Of a DNA stretch of 64,000 bases, positions 19,938 through 34,022 are shown piece by piece; positions within the stretch are counted from its first letter, which is position 1, and each line of letters starts with the position of its first letter. Position numbers and translations under genes: made by a program. The notes under the pieces were generated by a model. The model made no database searches and was not told the origin of the DNA. It worked only from the letters and a program-made list of their open reading frames with translations. This DNA comes from Naegleria gruberi (lineage: Eukaryota): the NCBI GenBank assembly GCA_000004985.1, contig GG738847.1; one strand, 5' to 3'.

Positions 19938-22900
19938 ATGACGTCATTGCAATCTTCATCATTGAGTGATGTTCTATTAGACGATGACACACAGAACAAC
20001 TCCTCGGAAAGATCGTTGGAAGATATTAAACTTTATAATTTTGAGGAAATTGGAGAACATTCTGTACAAATTAAAAAACGATTATATGTTACCGATTTTT
20101 TGAAAAAGACATCTGGATCGGAACAAGATGAAGGAAATTATTTTTCTAAATTATCTAAAATGTTGTCAATGATTTACAATACATACACAAACAAGGATCA
20201 ATCAGCAACAGAAAAAAGTCAAGACAATAATGTTAGACAATCTATCATTCAGAAATTTCATCAAAATTGGGCTATTGAATACACTTCTAATGGGCTATAT
20301 ACCCTAAAGGAGGCAACACTGAGATTGCTTAATGAAGATTTAGTTTCATTAGCAAGTGTGAAAGCTATGGAGTGGACTGACAGAAGAAAAATATTATCCT
20401 GTTCAGACGATTTAGTAGTAGTCACATGTTCAGACGATGGAAAGATTCGAGTCTACACACATGACCTTAAATTACTAATTTCAATTGATTTGAACTCTCT
20501 ATTGAATTTTGACAAGCATTCTATGAGTGGACCATCAATTTCAAATGTAAAAATTTCAAAGCCATCACTTAATTCGGAAAGGTAAGATTTTATTGAGAAT
20601 TTTTGAGTATTTAATCAAGGATAGATATGACATTTTGTTCCTATATGAGCAATCAGTTTTTGTTATTCCTCTAGTTAAGAATTCATCAAACTTCCAACTT
20701 TACAAGATGAAGAGCTATTCTGATCAAGTTTTATCTTTCGATATTTATAATGATAGCGAAAATGGAAGAATTATTTCTCTAGTTTTGGAACATGGTGAGC
20801 AGGAATCAATTTTCTTGAGTTATCCTGAATTGGAAGATTCTACTCTTGTTAAGGTTGATCAAAAACCAAAACGCACCAAATTATCAACATCCTTCTTGAG
20901 TAATAGTGATGATGTAATTGTAAATCCAAAACTTGTATTTTCTAAAGATGGATCACGTTGCGCCTTTTTATCAACAGCTAAAAAGCTCTACATTTACCGA
21001 GCTCCATTTCCATTTAAGAATGACTCCAGAATCCAACATATGAGTGAAATAGTAGATGTAGTAGAGTTTAATTGGTGGTCAACCTCATCAGTTATAATTT
21101 GTACAACCTCTAATCAATTATCAGTGTTGGATGTAACATCAAAATCAAACATTCTCGGAGATGGTGATGTAACAGAGGATGTGGAAGGAATGCCAATCAT
21201 TTCTAGTTCTCATGATGGAAAATTCTTCTTATTGGAATATGAACCTAATGTAAATCAACTCAAATTGGACCAACAATATCTCCTGCTTCAAGAGCAACAG
21301 AAGCAAATGCAAACATTGGAAAATGCTTCAGAAACTTCTTTATTTAGCGCCTTTGCCACCTTGCTGACGTTCCTTTTCCCAAAGGCCATTAAAGAACCAG
21401 AAGAGTTAAAGGAAGAAAACATGATTCCATCCACTTTATCACTTGCCTACAGACTTTATAGATTCTGTAAGAAGCAACCTGAATTAGAATTCAAGGAAAA
21501 GTTAGAACAAGGAGATTTGGAAGAGGCTTTATCATTAGCCAAATCATACTCCTTGGATTTAAATCAAGTTTACAAGAAAATGTGGAGAAGACAAGTCATT
21601 TCACTCTTTTCCATTGAAATACTCAACCAAGTCTCGGATAAGAATTGGATTATTGAGGAATGTATCCAGAGAGTAGCCACCAATGAAGAAAGCATGAGAG
21701 CTCTTCTCGAGTGTGGTCTCACCATAACAGAACAAATGTTAAAGGAATTAGATGACGAAGATATTGTACAAAAGCGTTTGAAGATCCTTTACTATTTAGA
21801 CAGATTGGATATGTACATGCAACTTGCAGATCAACAATATAAGGCTGACCAGTACAATTCTTTCAGAAATTGTGATCTATTCGAGTATGCCAAGGAAAAA
21901 GCCTCTATGAAAGATTTAGATTCCTTGAAGACAGTTTTATCATATGGGTTGCGAGTGGAAAAATTGAATCATCAAAGCAGATCTATTTCTCCACACCTTA
22001 TTCTAGACATTTTATCTTTTATACCAGAATCTCTGGATCCAAGACTATACGAGGATGCATTACCAGGAGTAGAATCTGGTAAATTGAAACGCTGGGATCA
22101 AATTAGTTTGAGCAGATTGTGTAATGATTTTTGTGAAGAAAAATTGCCAAAACTCGATACCATCTACCCAACATCACAGGAAATAACTGAGTGGTATATT
22201 GGTAGGGCTGAAACTATTGATGTTACCTCAGGTATGGTGAGCTATGCTGAGACGATACTGGCTATTGGTATTAACAAGAATGTTAATGGATTGGAAGAAA
22301 AACTGAATCAACTGAAATTCTTGTCCCAAATGATTTATAATAGAGGCAATCTGTTTAATTTGAATAAGCAACTTGTCTCCATCAAAGATTTTGAAGAAAA
22401 CATGTCCAACTATGACAAATTCAAATTGCTCATTAATAAGAATAGTGTAGATATTGTCTCCCAGCTTGTCAACAAGGGAATCAATTTCGTTGAACATTGT
22501 GAAGAGGAAAAGACTGGAAAAGACTCACTTATTTATCGATTTGTTGCTCACGAACTTGCACCATACAGCTTTGAGCAATGTTGCAAGATATTAACTGCTC
22601 AACAAAGAACAAGCTTATTGGGAGACAATGAGACCATTACTCTCTTAGCTATTGAATGTATTTACTCGGTCAAGAACTGGAAAGAAAATACTGAAAATAT
22701 TATTAGAGTATTGAATGCTCTCCCTACATCGAATATTCACGAAGAATTGGAAGACCAAGTCAATCAACTCAAGAGAAATACTCTAGCAGTTACCATTCTC
22801 TCTAAACAGTAAGTTTTCAATTTGTTCACCAACTTTAACATGTAAAAATAGTAACCTTTCTATTCAACTTTCATTGTCGATGGATTTGGAAGCTGAGGGA

Positions 22901-25900
22901 AATAATATTATGCAAGAACTTTTGCAAACAGGTATCAAGAGTGCAAAATCTGAGAGATCATACCAAACACTCTATAATGATTTGAATAATCTTCACAAGT
23001 CCTGCTTTGCTCACTTGTCTCTCAATGATATTTATCACCAATTTTTGAAAAACTGCTGCCTCTCTGGTCATGCCAATTTGGCCTATGATTACATTGTTGC
23101 CAAGTGTATTCTTCCTTTTGATGAAGCTGATGATGTCATATTTGAGGCTACTTCTGAGCTTTTCAACAGTTCTGTGCAACCAACTGATTCTTCCATAATG
23201 ATTGCCGATAAGTGTATCTCACTACACCAAAGCTTACAAAATGAGAAGCACATTTCCCTCTCACAAGAACATAAGTGGAAGAGAGAAAAAGATGTATTGG
23301 CAGCTTTTAGAATGCTTGACAAAATTTATACCAACTATCCTCCAGCATTATTCTTGAAAAAGCATAGCCCTGTTGAAGTAATCAAATACCTAATTGAAAA
23401 TAATACAACAGGAACTGAGGAAGAAAGATTGAAAGAATTTTATGAAATTTCCAAGTTATTGGGTGGAACTGAGCATGATAAGAAGGAAATTAAAAAGTTG
23501 GCTATTGAATCATCTTTGGAGCAGGCTGGCTCAGGAAATATTTCAGTAATCAAGACCCTTATGGAGCAAAATCATACTGGAGTTTACAAAATCTGCTCCA
23601 AGATGAGTATCGACAGCATGTGTGAAATTTCACATGAAGACCGCTTGAAATTTGTAAGTTTTATTCATATATTTATTTAATTTACAATCGAATATAGGCC
23701 TCATTTGCTATCCAAAATTGTGATCCTTCAGAACTTTCTGAAATGATCTCTAACTATGAACTAATTGAATCACAAGAGCTTTTCTCCTCTCGCTCATCCA
23801 TTAAACCATTGACAGAGTGTGTACTTCTTGCCCATCAAGAATTTGAGAAACTGACCAAGACTACCCCATTCAATGCAAACTTTGTAGGTTCATCTCCAAT
23901 TTATTCTAGCAGTTCGGAAGTATCATTCCTCTCCAAGTTTGGCATTTCTTCCAGCTCGTTAGAAATTGAACACCTTCTCAAATTGAAGGCTTCACATATT
24001 AGAAATTGTATAGCTACAGGTACTGATATTTCTCTAGAGTCACTCCTTGAATTTGCAAGCTTGACCCTACTGAATGGTCATATCATTTCATTTGTTTCTA
24101 TACTAATTCAAGTACCTATTGAACAAATTGACCAGGTCAAAAGGTTATTTGACTCTATTCTTTCTTCTCAACCTCGTGAAACCAAGTCAAGCATTGTTGA
24201 AAGAATGCTCAGGGTGTTTAACTTTTACTTTGGACTAAGACTTTTGTTATTGGAAAACCCAGATGGATTGGCTGACTATTATGACGAGCTCAGCATTGAA
24301 GAAACTATTGAAAAGGCTTTAGAATCTGATTTGAAAACCGAATTCAGCTCAATTGTAGATATTTTAACTCTTTATAACGGATTGTTGTACATATGTAGTC
24401 ATTTCAATGAGCTTTCTACTTTATCCAACAACAAGTTGAGCTGTTTGAAATTTATAACCGAGGAGGATTATAGAATCAAGTCTCTTACCTTACTCTCTCA
24501 AACAAGCAACAAGGATCACCTACAAACTGTATTACAAGTGGCCGATAAGTTAAAATTAGGAAAGGATGAATTTTACCTTTGCTACCTGGAAGCAGTCTTG
24601 AAAAATAAGGTCATTTCTCAAGAAGACAAAACTTTCATATTTGAGTTTGTTTCAAACATTAACCGTGAGAAGGTAACCAGCTTATTATTACAATTTATGG
24701 AACCTTCACTTGCCAAAGAGTATGACCTCACAAAGCTTTCCTTCTTGATGGACGTTCTTTTATCGTTAGGAGATGACCAATTCAGAGATCAGAAACTTGT
24801 TCTAGACACCCTCTGTAAAGAATGCAAGGGAATTACCAATAAGGAGTATCACGGAATTCTCAACTCTACTTCTCCAGATTCCCTATTTGACCTTTTACGT
24901 CCATACATTAATCACCAAAATGTAAATACCATATTGGATAGTGTTGAGAAAGTAGTTAAGAATAACGTAGAAAGACCAAGATTTTACCTTTTCATCACTG
25001 AATCATTGTTGACAAGTAACAGCATTGACAATAAGGAAAAACCAACACTGGCAGAAGAGTACATTTGCAAGTTGACCGAGAGTGATATTAGATCTATAGT
25101 AGAAAAGCTTTCATTTAACAATAGTTACAAACTTCCTCATGCTATTCGTATTTCAATCATGAAGAACTCCCTCAATGTTATAACTAATTCTGAGCTCGAA
25201 CATTTTGTTAGAGGCAATATTTTCAGAATGTTGGCAGCCAAGAGAGTATTCCAAAGAGAGGAATTGGATAATTTACTCGGATTATTGGACAAGTATTTTA
25301 AAAACCAAGTTGGATTGACTAGAGTACTTGCCAATATTGCCCTCTGTACTCGAAGCAAAGATATGGTAGAATCAGTTCTTACCGATCTTAAAGAAGAATA
25401 CTCTGATATCTTCTCTGAAAGTAAGACTCCTGGTGAACAACCTTCGTTCCTTTCTACTGACTCCACTAAATCCTATCTGGAAATAGTTGACCAAGTCATT
25501 CAATGCCTAGTGGATCATGCTGAAGAGCTCAGCAATGAAACTGAGACCAATGATGAGGAAGACTTTACACAAGAAGAGCTCGAGAATTTAACATATGAAG
25601 AGGATGGCATATGTTGGCCTCCAAACAATGCTAAGCTTGGATGCACTTACTTGCATATTATTTTGGGCTCTATTAAGGATCTCTCAGACTTGTTCAATAC
25701 CATCCTCTCACATATTGAGCATACCACTAAGAAGGAAGATGACTTCCCTGTAAGAACTAGAATTGCTCTCATTAGAATTATTAGAAAATATAAGAAACCA
25801 CAAACTCCTTCACCTGAAATCAAACAAGAACAAATTGTAATTCAAAAAGAAGATTCTCCAATCATTGGTGAAGTACAAGAACCTAAAGTAGAAACACCTT

Positions 25901-26766
25901 CAACATTAGCTGATCAAGATGAAGACATTCTGTTGGCCATCTATCAGACCAAGGATGCCATTGGTGAAAACTTCCCATTACAAAAGGATGTTTATGCACA
26001 AACACCAAAACCACCAACTGATGAATTCAAAAACATGTTCTCTTCCCTTTTATCATCTACCTCAAATGAAAAACAATTCAAGGCACTTTCATTTATCTTG
26101 AGAATATGGTTCAAGGAGAAGAGACAATGTCAATCATTTTTAGAAGCACTTCTAGTTGACCTTCTTAACACTCTTGTAGATAGAAATGCTAAGGAAGAAA
26201 CAGTGTTGGATATTACTAGAGAGGAAGTCGAACTTTTGAACGAAACGATTGCTAATGATTTCTTTGAAAAGCTATTCAATAAGGGAAGTTATTTCCTCTC
26301 TTTCAAGTTTGCTCTCCAAACTAACCACAAGAATCTTGCTACAAATGTTGTAGAAAAACTCAAATCTCTTGCAGAATCGAACTCAGATTGCTTGGATACA
26401 GAATATATGGGAGTGATCTTTGATGAGTGCATTTCAAAGAATTTAATTTCAAAGCTTTTATCAGACCCTATTATTACCTTACTTTTCAATTGTAAAAAGT
26501 TGAAGTTATCTGAAAATAGTGAAGCTCATTTGATTTCAGAATTGGCACAAAGTGGGCTTAAGAAAAAGGCCACCAATAACCAAACACTATTAGCATGTGA
26601 GTATTTACAAAGAAAGGTGTATGGTATGCACTCTAGATTATGTGATTTGAACAGTGGTCTATTCTTACTGCGAAGATATTTACAACAATGCCAAACTCAT
26701 GTCAAAATTGATAGAAATGCAAAGGAGCAGTGCAGCAGTACATTGAAGAAGCTTGTTACAAAATAA
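19938..26766 (+). CDS. Large four-exon gene encoding about 2,230 aa. Exons: 19938-20581, 20625-22808, 22852-23653 and 23698-26766, with introns of 43, 43 and 44 nt. Tentatively an NBAS/Sec39-like (NRZ tethering complex) protein.
   Basis: Three consecutive plus-strand ORFs are separated by short gaps. Each gap begins GTAAG(A/T) and ends TAG, and the splice restores the frame: ...NSE-R-YDILF; ...ILSK-H-NLSIQL; ...RLKF|ASFAIQN. The N-terminal beta-rich region, the alpha-solenoid remainder and the size fit NBAS. Identity is not verified. Confidence 0.6.
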
Positions 26767-26802
26767 ATCTAGTTTTTCAAAAGTTCCATTTCACTTAAAA
26801 AT

Positions 26803-27812
26803 TTATTCTGAAGGTGATTCCAGAATAATGCTCATGTAATCAGCCATTTCCTTATTGTTAGATTTTTTGTACATTTGAATAATCTTATCCTTGGAATGTT
26901 TAGCAAGTTCCTTGTTTAACTTTTCATTGGAAGAAAATCCCAATGATTTGCAAGTCAAATATAATCCAAAAAGTGCTCTCATGTTTGTTTCACTGTTAAT
27001 ATTAAGTGATTGACTGTAATATTTTCTGGCATTTCTGTAATCTCCAGTGGTGTAAAGAATATCTGCATATTTCAAATGGAAAATATAATTTGCTGGATTA
27101 CTCAAAATCATTTCCTCAATACAGAAAAGAGCATTCTTATATTCAGCATTAGCAAGATAAATATCTGCCAATTCTTCATAAGCTTCCAAATCATTTTGAT
27201 ATATTTTCAAATATTCATTGAGTGCTGTAATACTTTCCTCGATTAAATTTTGCGATCTGAAAATTGCAACCTTTCTCTTGTAAGAGAGAGCATCAGTTGG
27301 ATGATCTTTAAGAATGTCATCATAGATTTGTAATGCTGTTTCGAATTGGTTTTGTGCCTCCATCAAAAGTCCTTCCAATCTTTTTACTCTGAGAGACTCT
27401 CCGAATTGCCCTTGAAGACTAACTAAACATTCCTATATTGTTGTTCCAATCACAATAATTATTTATAATAAATATTATTATTAACAATGTATTATAATAA
27501 ATTAAATAATAATAATAAATTATTACAAGATGATATTTTGTTAAAACATACTTGGGCCACAGTAATATTATTCAAATCAGCAGCTGCTCTCAATAAATGT
27601 TCATAATAATCCCAAACATTGTTTCCAAGTTTTGAGAAGGCTTCACTCTTATGATTATAGAACAAATGTTTTCCGCACTTGAGCACTAAATCAGGTCTCC
27701 TCAGTGAAGATCTCTCACAAACTTCCTTTATAATATCAATACATAGAGATGCTGATGGTTTTCCAACTTGTTTTAATTCCTTCTCGAGTTCGAGCAAGCT
27801 TGGTGTTGTCAT
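26803..27812 (-). CDS. EMC2: ER membrane protein complex subunit 2 (EMC2/TTC35), a TPR protein. Two exons: 27812-27552 and 27432-26803, with a 119-nt AT-rich intron.
   Basis: Exon 2 reads ECLVSLQGQFGESLRVKRLEGLLMEAQNQFETALQIYDDILKDHPTDALSYKRKVAI...NMRALFGLYL. This is co-linear with human EMC2 ([27 protein letters not shown]...RILQEDPTNTAARKRKIAI...NRNMRALFGLYM). Donor GTATGT; acceptor ATATAG. Confidence 0.85.
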
Positions 27813-28043
27813 TTGAAACTCTATTTTTTTATTATTTGTGTTTAGTGCTTCAATTAATAATATCTAAAGTCTGATGAGAATCAACTTCCTAATAACCAAT
27901 TAGATATTGTCATCTTCATCTTACATCCGCTTCCTATTAAAAACAATACACAAATCTTCATCATGATGACAATTGTTAATAACATATTAAAATTCAAGAG
28001 AGAATAAAGTTTTAAAAAATAAAATTTAAGAAGAAAAACAAAA

Positions 28044-28390
28044 ATGCTCGAAAAACCTGTGGACCATCTTGACTCTAAAGGCACAAACGGAATCAACGTT
28101 AGAAGAAGACCAGAAACCCAACAAGTCTATTATGAACACTCTACACAATTGATAGAATGCGACAAGTCCCTTCAACAATTAAAATCTTGTTTGGGAAGCA
28201 CAAATTCAACATTGGATAATGTGGATTCTTCTTGCAAGGCTATTTTGGACTCTACTAAATCAGCCTGTGGTTTGAGAAGGTAAATATCAACATATTGAAA
28301 ATCAAAATTATTAATTGATGAATTTTTAATAATTAATTTCTTTGGATAATTTAGACTCCTCTATGTTACCGATATTAAGAGCAGAGTTCA
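28044..28390 (+). CDS. Small hypothetical protein (about 95 aa), probably two exons. Second exon about 28325-28390.
   Basis: The ORF ends at ...GLRR with AG|GTAAAT. An acceptor aatttag|ACTCC continues the frame for 17 codons. No family recognised. Confidence 0.3.
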
Positions 28391-28827
28391 AAACTTGACC
28401 ATCTAAATCATTGAGTTTTTTCTTTCATCATATCACCAACCCGTTGTGGATTTACAACATCTTTCTTCCTGTCTTTAATTTAATCCACCCACCTTTAGAG
28501 ATGTTGTAGCTTCCATCAATGTTTTCAATCATCATCATCTAATGCTTCTAATAAAAAAAGTAGTATTTAGGGACTTTCTCTACTATTCAACACCTCTTCC
28601 TTTATTAATACTTACCAGTGTAAAAAATGTCTTGATCCGATATTGCATAATATTTATTCATTTCTTTGGATTATCAATAATAACAATATTATATTAATTG
28701 TAGAGACATAATTCAAAGAATAATAATATTATGAATTGTAGAGATGTCTCGTGATGGCTCAAGAAAAGGAACTCAAACCATACTTTGATAATTGTGAGAA
28801 GAGAACCGCCAAAAACACTACAAAAAA

Positions 28828-31800
28828 ATGTCCTTGTTTAATGGGTTATCTTCATCGACTAGTATAAATAGCCCATCATCAACTAACAATACACCCCGAG
28901 AAACAAATGATCACAAAGGGGATTTGAGGAAGAGATCTCTCCGAAAAGTGCATGTTGACTTGCCCTCACCTTTGGAAATTAAGAAATTCAATCGAAGTAT
29001 TAGAAATTTAGAAGATTACAAACCTTTCAAAATCGATGAAGGGAATGGCTATTTAACAACCTCTTATTGGTTTGAATTAATAAGTGCATATACGTTGGAC
29101 ATGGAAATATTTCAGACTATTCTAGCTCTTTCGTCTGCTCTCTTTTTTATCATTTCAACATATATTCAATTGGATATTGATGGCAAACTAACAGCTATTC
29201 TAGTAGTGGATTTGATATTTTCCCTTTTATTTATTTTCTTCTTTGTTGTAAACTTCTTCTTGGCTAAGGACAAGTAGGTTTGCTAGTTATTGAAATATTT
29301 CTAACCCTGGAAAATTAGGAAAATGTATTTTTTTCATCCTTTATCAGTATTGGATTATATTACGGTGGTACCTTCACTAACAATTAACACACTTTCAATT
29401 ATAGGAGGTTGGAGTGGGTTGGAGGACATTTATTCATTTGTCGGTTTATTGAGAGTTTTCAGATTGCTAAGGTTAATTCCTCTCATTAAAAAAATTTCAT
29501 CTAAGGGAGATATCAATTCAATTTATGCAAAAGTTGCAGAGCTAGGTCTTACAATTGCTTGTCTTCTTGTTATATTTACCGGTGTTTTTCAGTGGCTAGA
29601 AAATTATTTTGGGACAAATACCAATATTTATTTTCATGATGCATTGTACTTTATAGGTATTACCCTTGTTACAATTGGGTATGGTGATATTGTAAGTGGA
29701 ATGTTATTTGAAAATTGACTTATTCAATGATTTAGACTCCAACACATTGGACTTCTAGGTTTGCTGTTCTATCCTTCTTCATTATTGGTGTTACAATTAT
29801 TCCAATTCAGGTCTCAGGAATTTATGCCATTGTCACAGCAGAGAAAACAATTTTCAAAGTTAAAAACCCTGTGTTAAAAAAACATGCTATTATAACAGGA
29901 CATTGTAGATTAGATGAAGTGTTGGATTTTATCAAAGAATGCTTTCAGTATAAATCAAACGAGGTTGAGAAGATTATTCGTAAGTAATTCTCAACTCCAA
30001 AAATGTTATTTACCTCTAATATGAAATAATACTATAGTATTATTCAATGACCGACCATTTTGTGAATCCTTGACTGATTCTTTGAGAAAGTTTGATTTTA
30101 ACAGTAAAATTCAAGTGCTATTTGGAGAAATTATGGACTTTGAGATTATGTCCTTACTAAAAATAGCAGAGGCTCACAGGTAAGTATTTTAGTGATATGA
30201 GGATAGAATCCATTTTCCTCCTTAAAGTATTTTTTTATTAAATAGTCCAAAGATAGGAAACCCAAAACAGCAGGACACTAATATTATTATGACAACTATT
30301 GCATTGAGAAACTTTAACCCAAAGATTAGCGTTTATGCTCAAATCAATTTAATAGAATCAAAAAATTTGATTCAAAAAGCAGGTGCTAGAGTAATCGTCT
30401 GTTACGAATCTATTTGTTCGAAGGTAATGTCTGCTTGCTCTACAGCTCCAGTATTTTCTTGCTTTCTGTATAATCTACTAAGTGGAGCTGATGTGGATAT
30501 TGAACATGACAAGTTGAAAGACTATGTCTTTTCTGAAAATTTATCGGAACAAGAGAACGACATTAATTGGATTATTGAGTATTCTGATGGAATGAACAAT
30601 GAATTATATCGAGCCAAGTTCAGCCCTGTATTTTATGGAAGTCTATTTATTGATGTTGCTGAATTGTTGAGAAGATCTGATATTACTATCTTTGCGCTGG
30701 AAAGTAATCATACAATTCATATTAACCCATCAGGTCATAGAATCAAGGAGGGTGATAGATGCTACTGTATTGCGCCTTCTATTGAATATGCTGAATTGGT
30801 CGAAAAATTCAAAATATCTGCTGCTGAGCTCTCAAAGTTTAAATCTGGAAAGGAGGAAGAGGAGATTATTGAATACAATCAAACAGAAGAAAATAACGAA
30901 GAAGCCGAGGTATTTGAACAAGAATTTACAGAATATCTAAAACCTGCTAGCTCTTCAAACAGTAGCTCTAACCAACAACAGAAAAAGGTTGATAATGAGA
31001 AATGGGTTTTAAGAAGTCCTAGACTAAGGGTGACACCCAGATTACGTATCAATCAGTTGCTGAGGATGAGAACTGAAACAAATGTTGATATCTCTCTACT
31101 AAGAGATGAGGATGATGATCACAACACTCACTTGGAAATTTTGCTAAAGTTAATTTCTCCAGAATCATACTTTCAAGAAAAACGAAAGTACTTGCAATCT
31201 ATCAGAAATACATTTACAGGAAGTGAGTTGGCCGAAAAGGAGAAGGAATTCTACAGCAAAATTACACAAATTTATAATATGGTAGACCGACCATTCTCCA
31301 AAGATGAGATTTTCATCCAACACCACAAAGATAAGAATATTAGTGATCACCTAATTATTCTTGGAGATTTCAGTCAACCAGCTATTGTGTGCGCATTGTC
31401 GAGATCTCTTCAAAGGCACTCGAGAGATACCCAAATTGTATTAATGACCGATAAGACTGATTATTTGGATCTAATTTACCAAAGATTAAGATACTTTAAT
31501 AAGGTTTATATTATTTTAGGAAATTATTTGAAGACAACACACTTGAGAAGGGCAGGGTTTGGTGTATGCAAGAGAATTTTATTTTTCGCAACTGAGGATA
31601 AGGATAATGAAATTATCAATGAATACACTATTGATTCGGAGGCAATTAAGCTTTCTCTAGGAATTTCAGTCATGGATAAGAGTAAGGGTTATGTTATTGG
31701 TAAGTTTATCATTCACTTTCATTGTTCATCTAAAGAATTCATAGAATTGGTGAATAGAGCTAATATGAAGTTCTTTCAACATCAGGGAATTCCTACTCAT

Positions 31801-32409
31801 TTAAAAGTTAAGAAAATGAGAGAGGATGGTCTTTTAGATTATGATATTGACGAATTTGATCAATTTTGCTTATTTTCTGATTATTACATCTCTGGAAGAG
31901 TATTTCCATCCTCTTCCTTCCTAAGCAAACTGTTGTCTCAATCATTTCACAATAGAAAGATAGTTGACCTAATTGAGCAATTGTGTTCAGATGAATTTAC
32001 ATCAGGCGATCATCAATCTGTTGTAATTGAAGTTCCTCTTCCTTCAGTATTTGTTGGTAAATCAGTTCTCCAATTAGTAACATCGTGCTATCAACACAAT
32101 TTGATATTATTAGCTTTGAGTCGAGTCAAAACAAACAATCCATCCGATAGATACGTTTACACAAATCCTTCGCTCTCTAAAACACTTGTACAAACCGATC
32201 TAGTATTTCTGTGTGGACACAGAAACAATATCAAGAGTCTTGTTGCAACAAGAGGATCTATGGATCGCTTCTTTACAAGATCTTGGACAAGTAATAATCT
32301 ATTCTCATCACCCATTTCTGATAGCTCAGACGATGAAGGTAATGATAATATTCAAGTAGAACGATTCAAATCTGAACAAGAGATAACAATTCAACAGGAA
32401 GAAGTTTGA
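28828..32409 (+). CDS. Slo/BK-type (large-conductance, Ca-activated-like) voltage-gated K+ channel alpha subunit, paralog A. Six exons: 28828-29273, 29319-29691, 29736-29979, 30038-30179, 30246-31699 and 31745-32409.
   Basis: TM segments; S4-like LRVFRLLRLIP; pore helix and selectivity filter TLVTIGYGDI; S6; then a long cytosolic tandem RCK-like region (...DHLIILGDFSQPAIVCALSRS..., ...LLALSRVK...). Every intron begins GTAAGT or GTAGGT, ends AG, and restores homology with paralog B. Intron 5 (31700-31744) is in frame and stop-free, so the ORF track reads through it. Confidence 0.85.
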
Positions 32410-32424
32410 AATGTTTATTGTTAA

Positions 32425-33760
32425 TTAGTCCTGCTCGTGATATAATCTGAAAATAATTTCATCTTTAAGACTTTCTGGAAGTAAAGACAAATTTTCTTTC
32501 CTTTCTGCAATTTGTTTCATATTGTATATTCCAAATTGAATCAGTTTTTCTTTGAGAACAATGGTATCATATTTCTCTAATTCATTTACAAGTGAAAAAA
32601 AATTGTTAGTTCCAATTCTTAACTGTTTTATGCAAAAATCAGCAAGTCTTGGCATTCCATAATAGTGAGAGCATTTGAACACTGGAAAAACTAATCTTGG
32701 AAATGATGAAATCAATTTTCCAATCTTTCCATAACATGATCTGATAACTATTTCATGTAATTTCTCGTCATATATACTAGTATCTATTTCTAGCACATTA
32801 TTTTTCAATTCCTTAAATTCAGATCCACTATTGAAAAGCCCCTCAAAGAAAATAGAGCTTGAGGCAAGAATTGTTTTGTGACAATATAATATTTTCGATC
32901 CAATTTTGATAGAAATGTCGCTTGTCTCTCTTTGATCGAATAAACTACTAATATTCCCTCTTTCGGTACCTTTTTCTTTCAGAATAATTGGCGAAAGTGG
33001 GAGTGGAAGTTTGGAAGCTATTAGTTGTAGATGTTTTTGAATTATTGGGAAGGAGAGTATTGTTGAAGTTCTTTTCATATATTCGGCTGCCATACTAAGC
33101 GAGTATTCAAACATTTGATCCAGTAATGGATTGTTAATTACTGAAATATCTTTAGCATTGGAAACAGTTTCAAGCATTTGGGCAGTACTTTTTTCATCTT
33201 TGAACGATGACATAAACCTGTCTATATTCACTCGTGTAATTTTGATAAAGCCATATCCTTTTATCATTCCCAGAACAACCAACAAATCAACTAAAGCAAA
33301 TGATCTTAATTGAGTAATATCCCTTTCATACATGATTAAATCAACTAATTCCTGAACTATATTTTGTTGATTCAGGTTTAACAATTTCAATACACGTTGA
33401 TTATTAATAACTGAATTATAAAAATCCAAATCCAATACTTTCAACACATATTTACAACATATTATATTGGTTCCCTCAATTAAATCTTGATCATTTCTAA
33501 AATTTATATTCCAACAATACAAATCTCTTCTTGACTTACTTTTTCAATTTAATTCCATTGGGAAATAATTTAGACAAAACATATTCATAAGTGTTTTCAT
33601 CAGCCAAGTGATTAGAATCCGTTGGTGCTGAAGAAGTGGACTCCCTCTTAGTATGCAATGAAACACGTCGTGTAATCCCATTCTTGAGACTTAAACGTTG
33701 TTTTACAATTCCGAGTGCTACTTTTTTCCTACGTCTTTCTTCGTGATGGTTTGCTGGCAT
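32425..33760 (-). CDS. BTB/POZ domain protein. Two exons: 33760-33540 and 33496-32425, with a 43-nt intron.
   Basis: BTB core ...ISIKIGSKILYCHKTILASSSIFFEGLFNSGSEFKELKNNVLEIDTSIYDEKLHEIVIRSCYGKI. Donor AAAAA|GTAAGT and acceptor TTTTAG join ...GIKLKK-NDQDLIEG. Confidence 0.7.
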
Positions 33761-34022
33761 TCGCGTCTTTTTTTTTAAAATTTTTTAACTAAAACATTTT
33801 GGCGCCAACTGGTTCCAAGCAACCAAAAATCAACAATAATTCCTGGAATTGTATTACTTTCAACTAGCAAGAATAATTGTAAACTTAATCTTCTTTTTTT
33901 TCAAATTATTGATTCTTATTGGCTTTGTTCAAGTTCAGAACTGGTGTACTATCAATAAAGCAAAAAACTCTAAAAAAAATCTCTGAATTGGCGCCAAAAT
34001 CCAAGAGGTTCATTCAAAAAAA

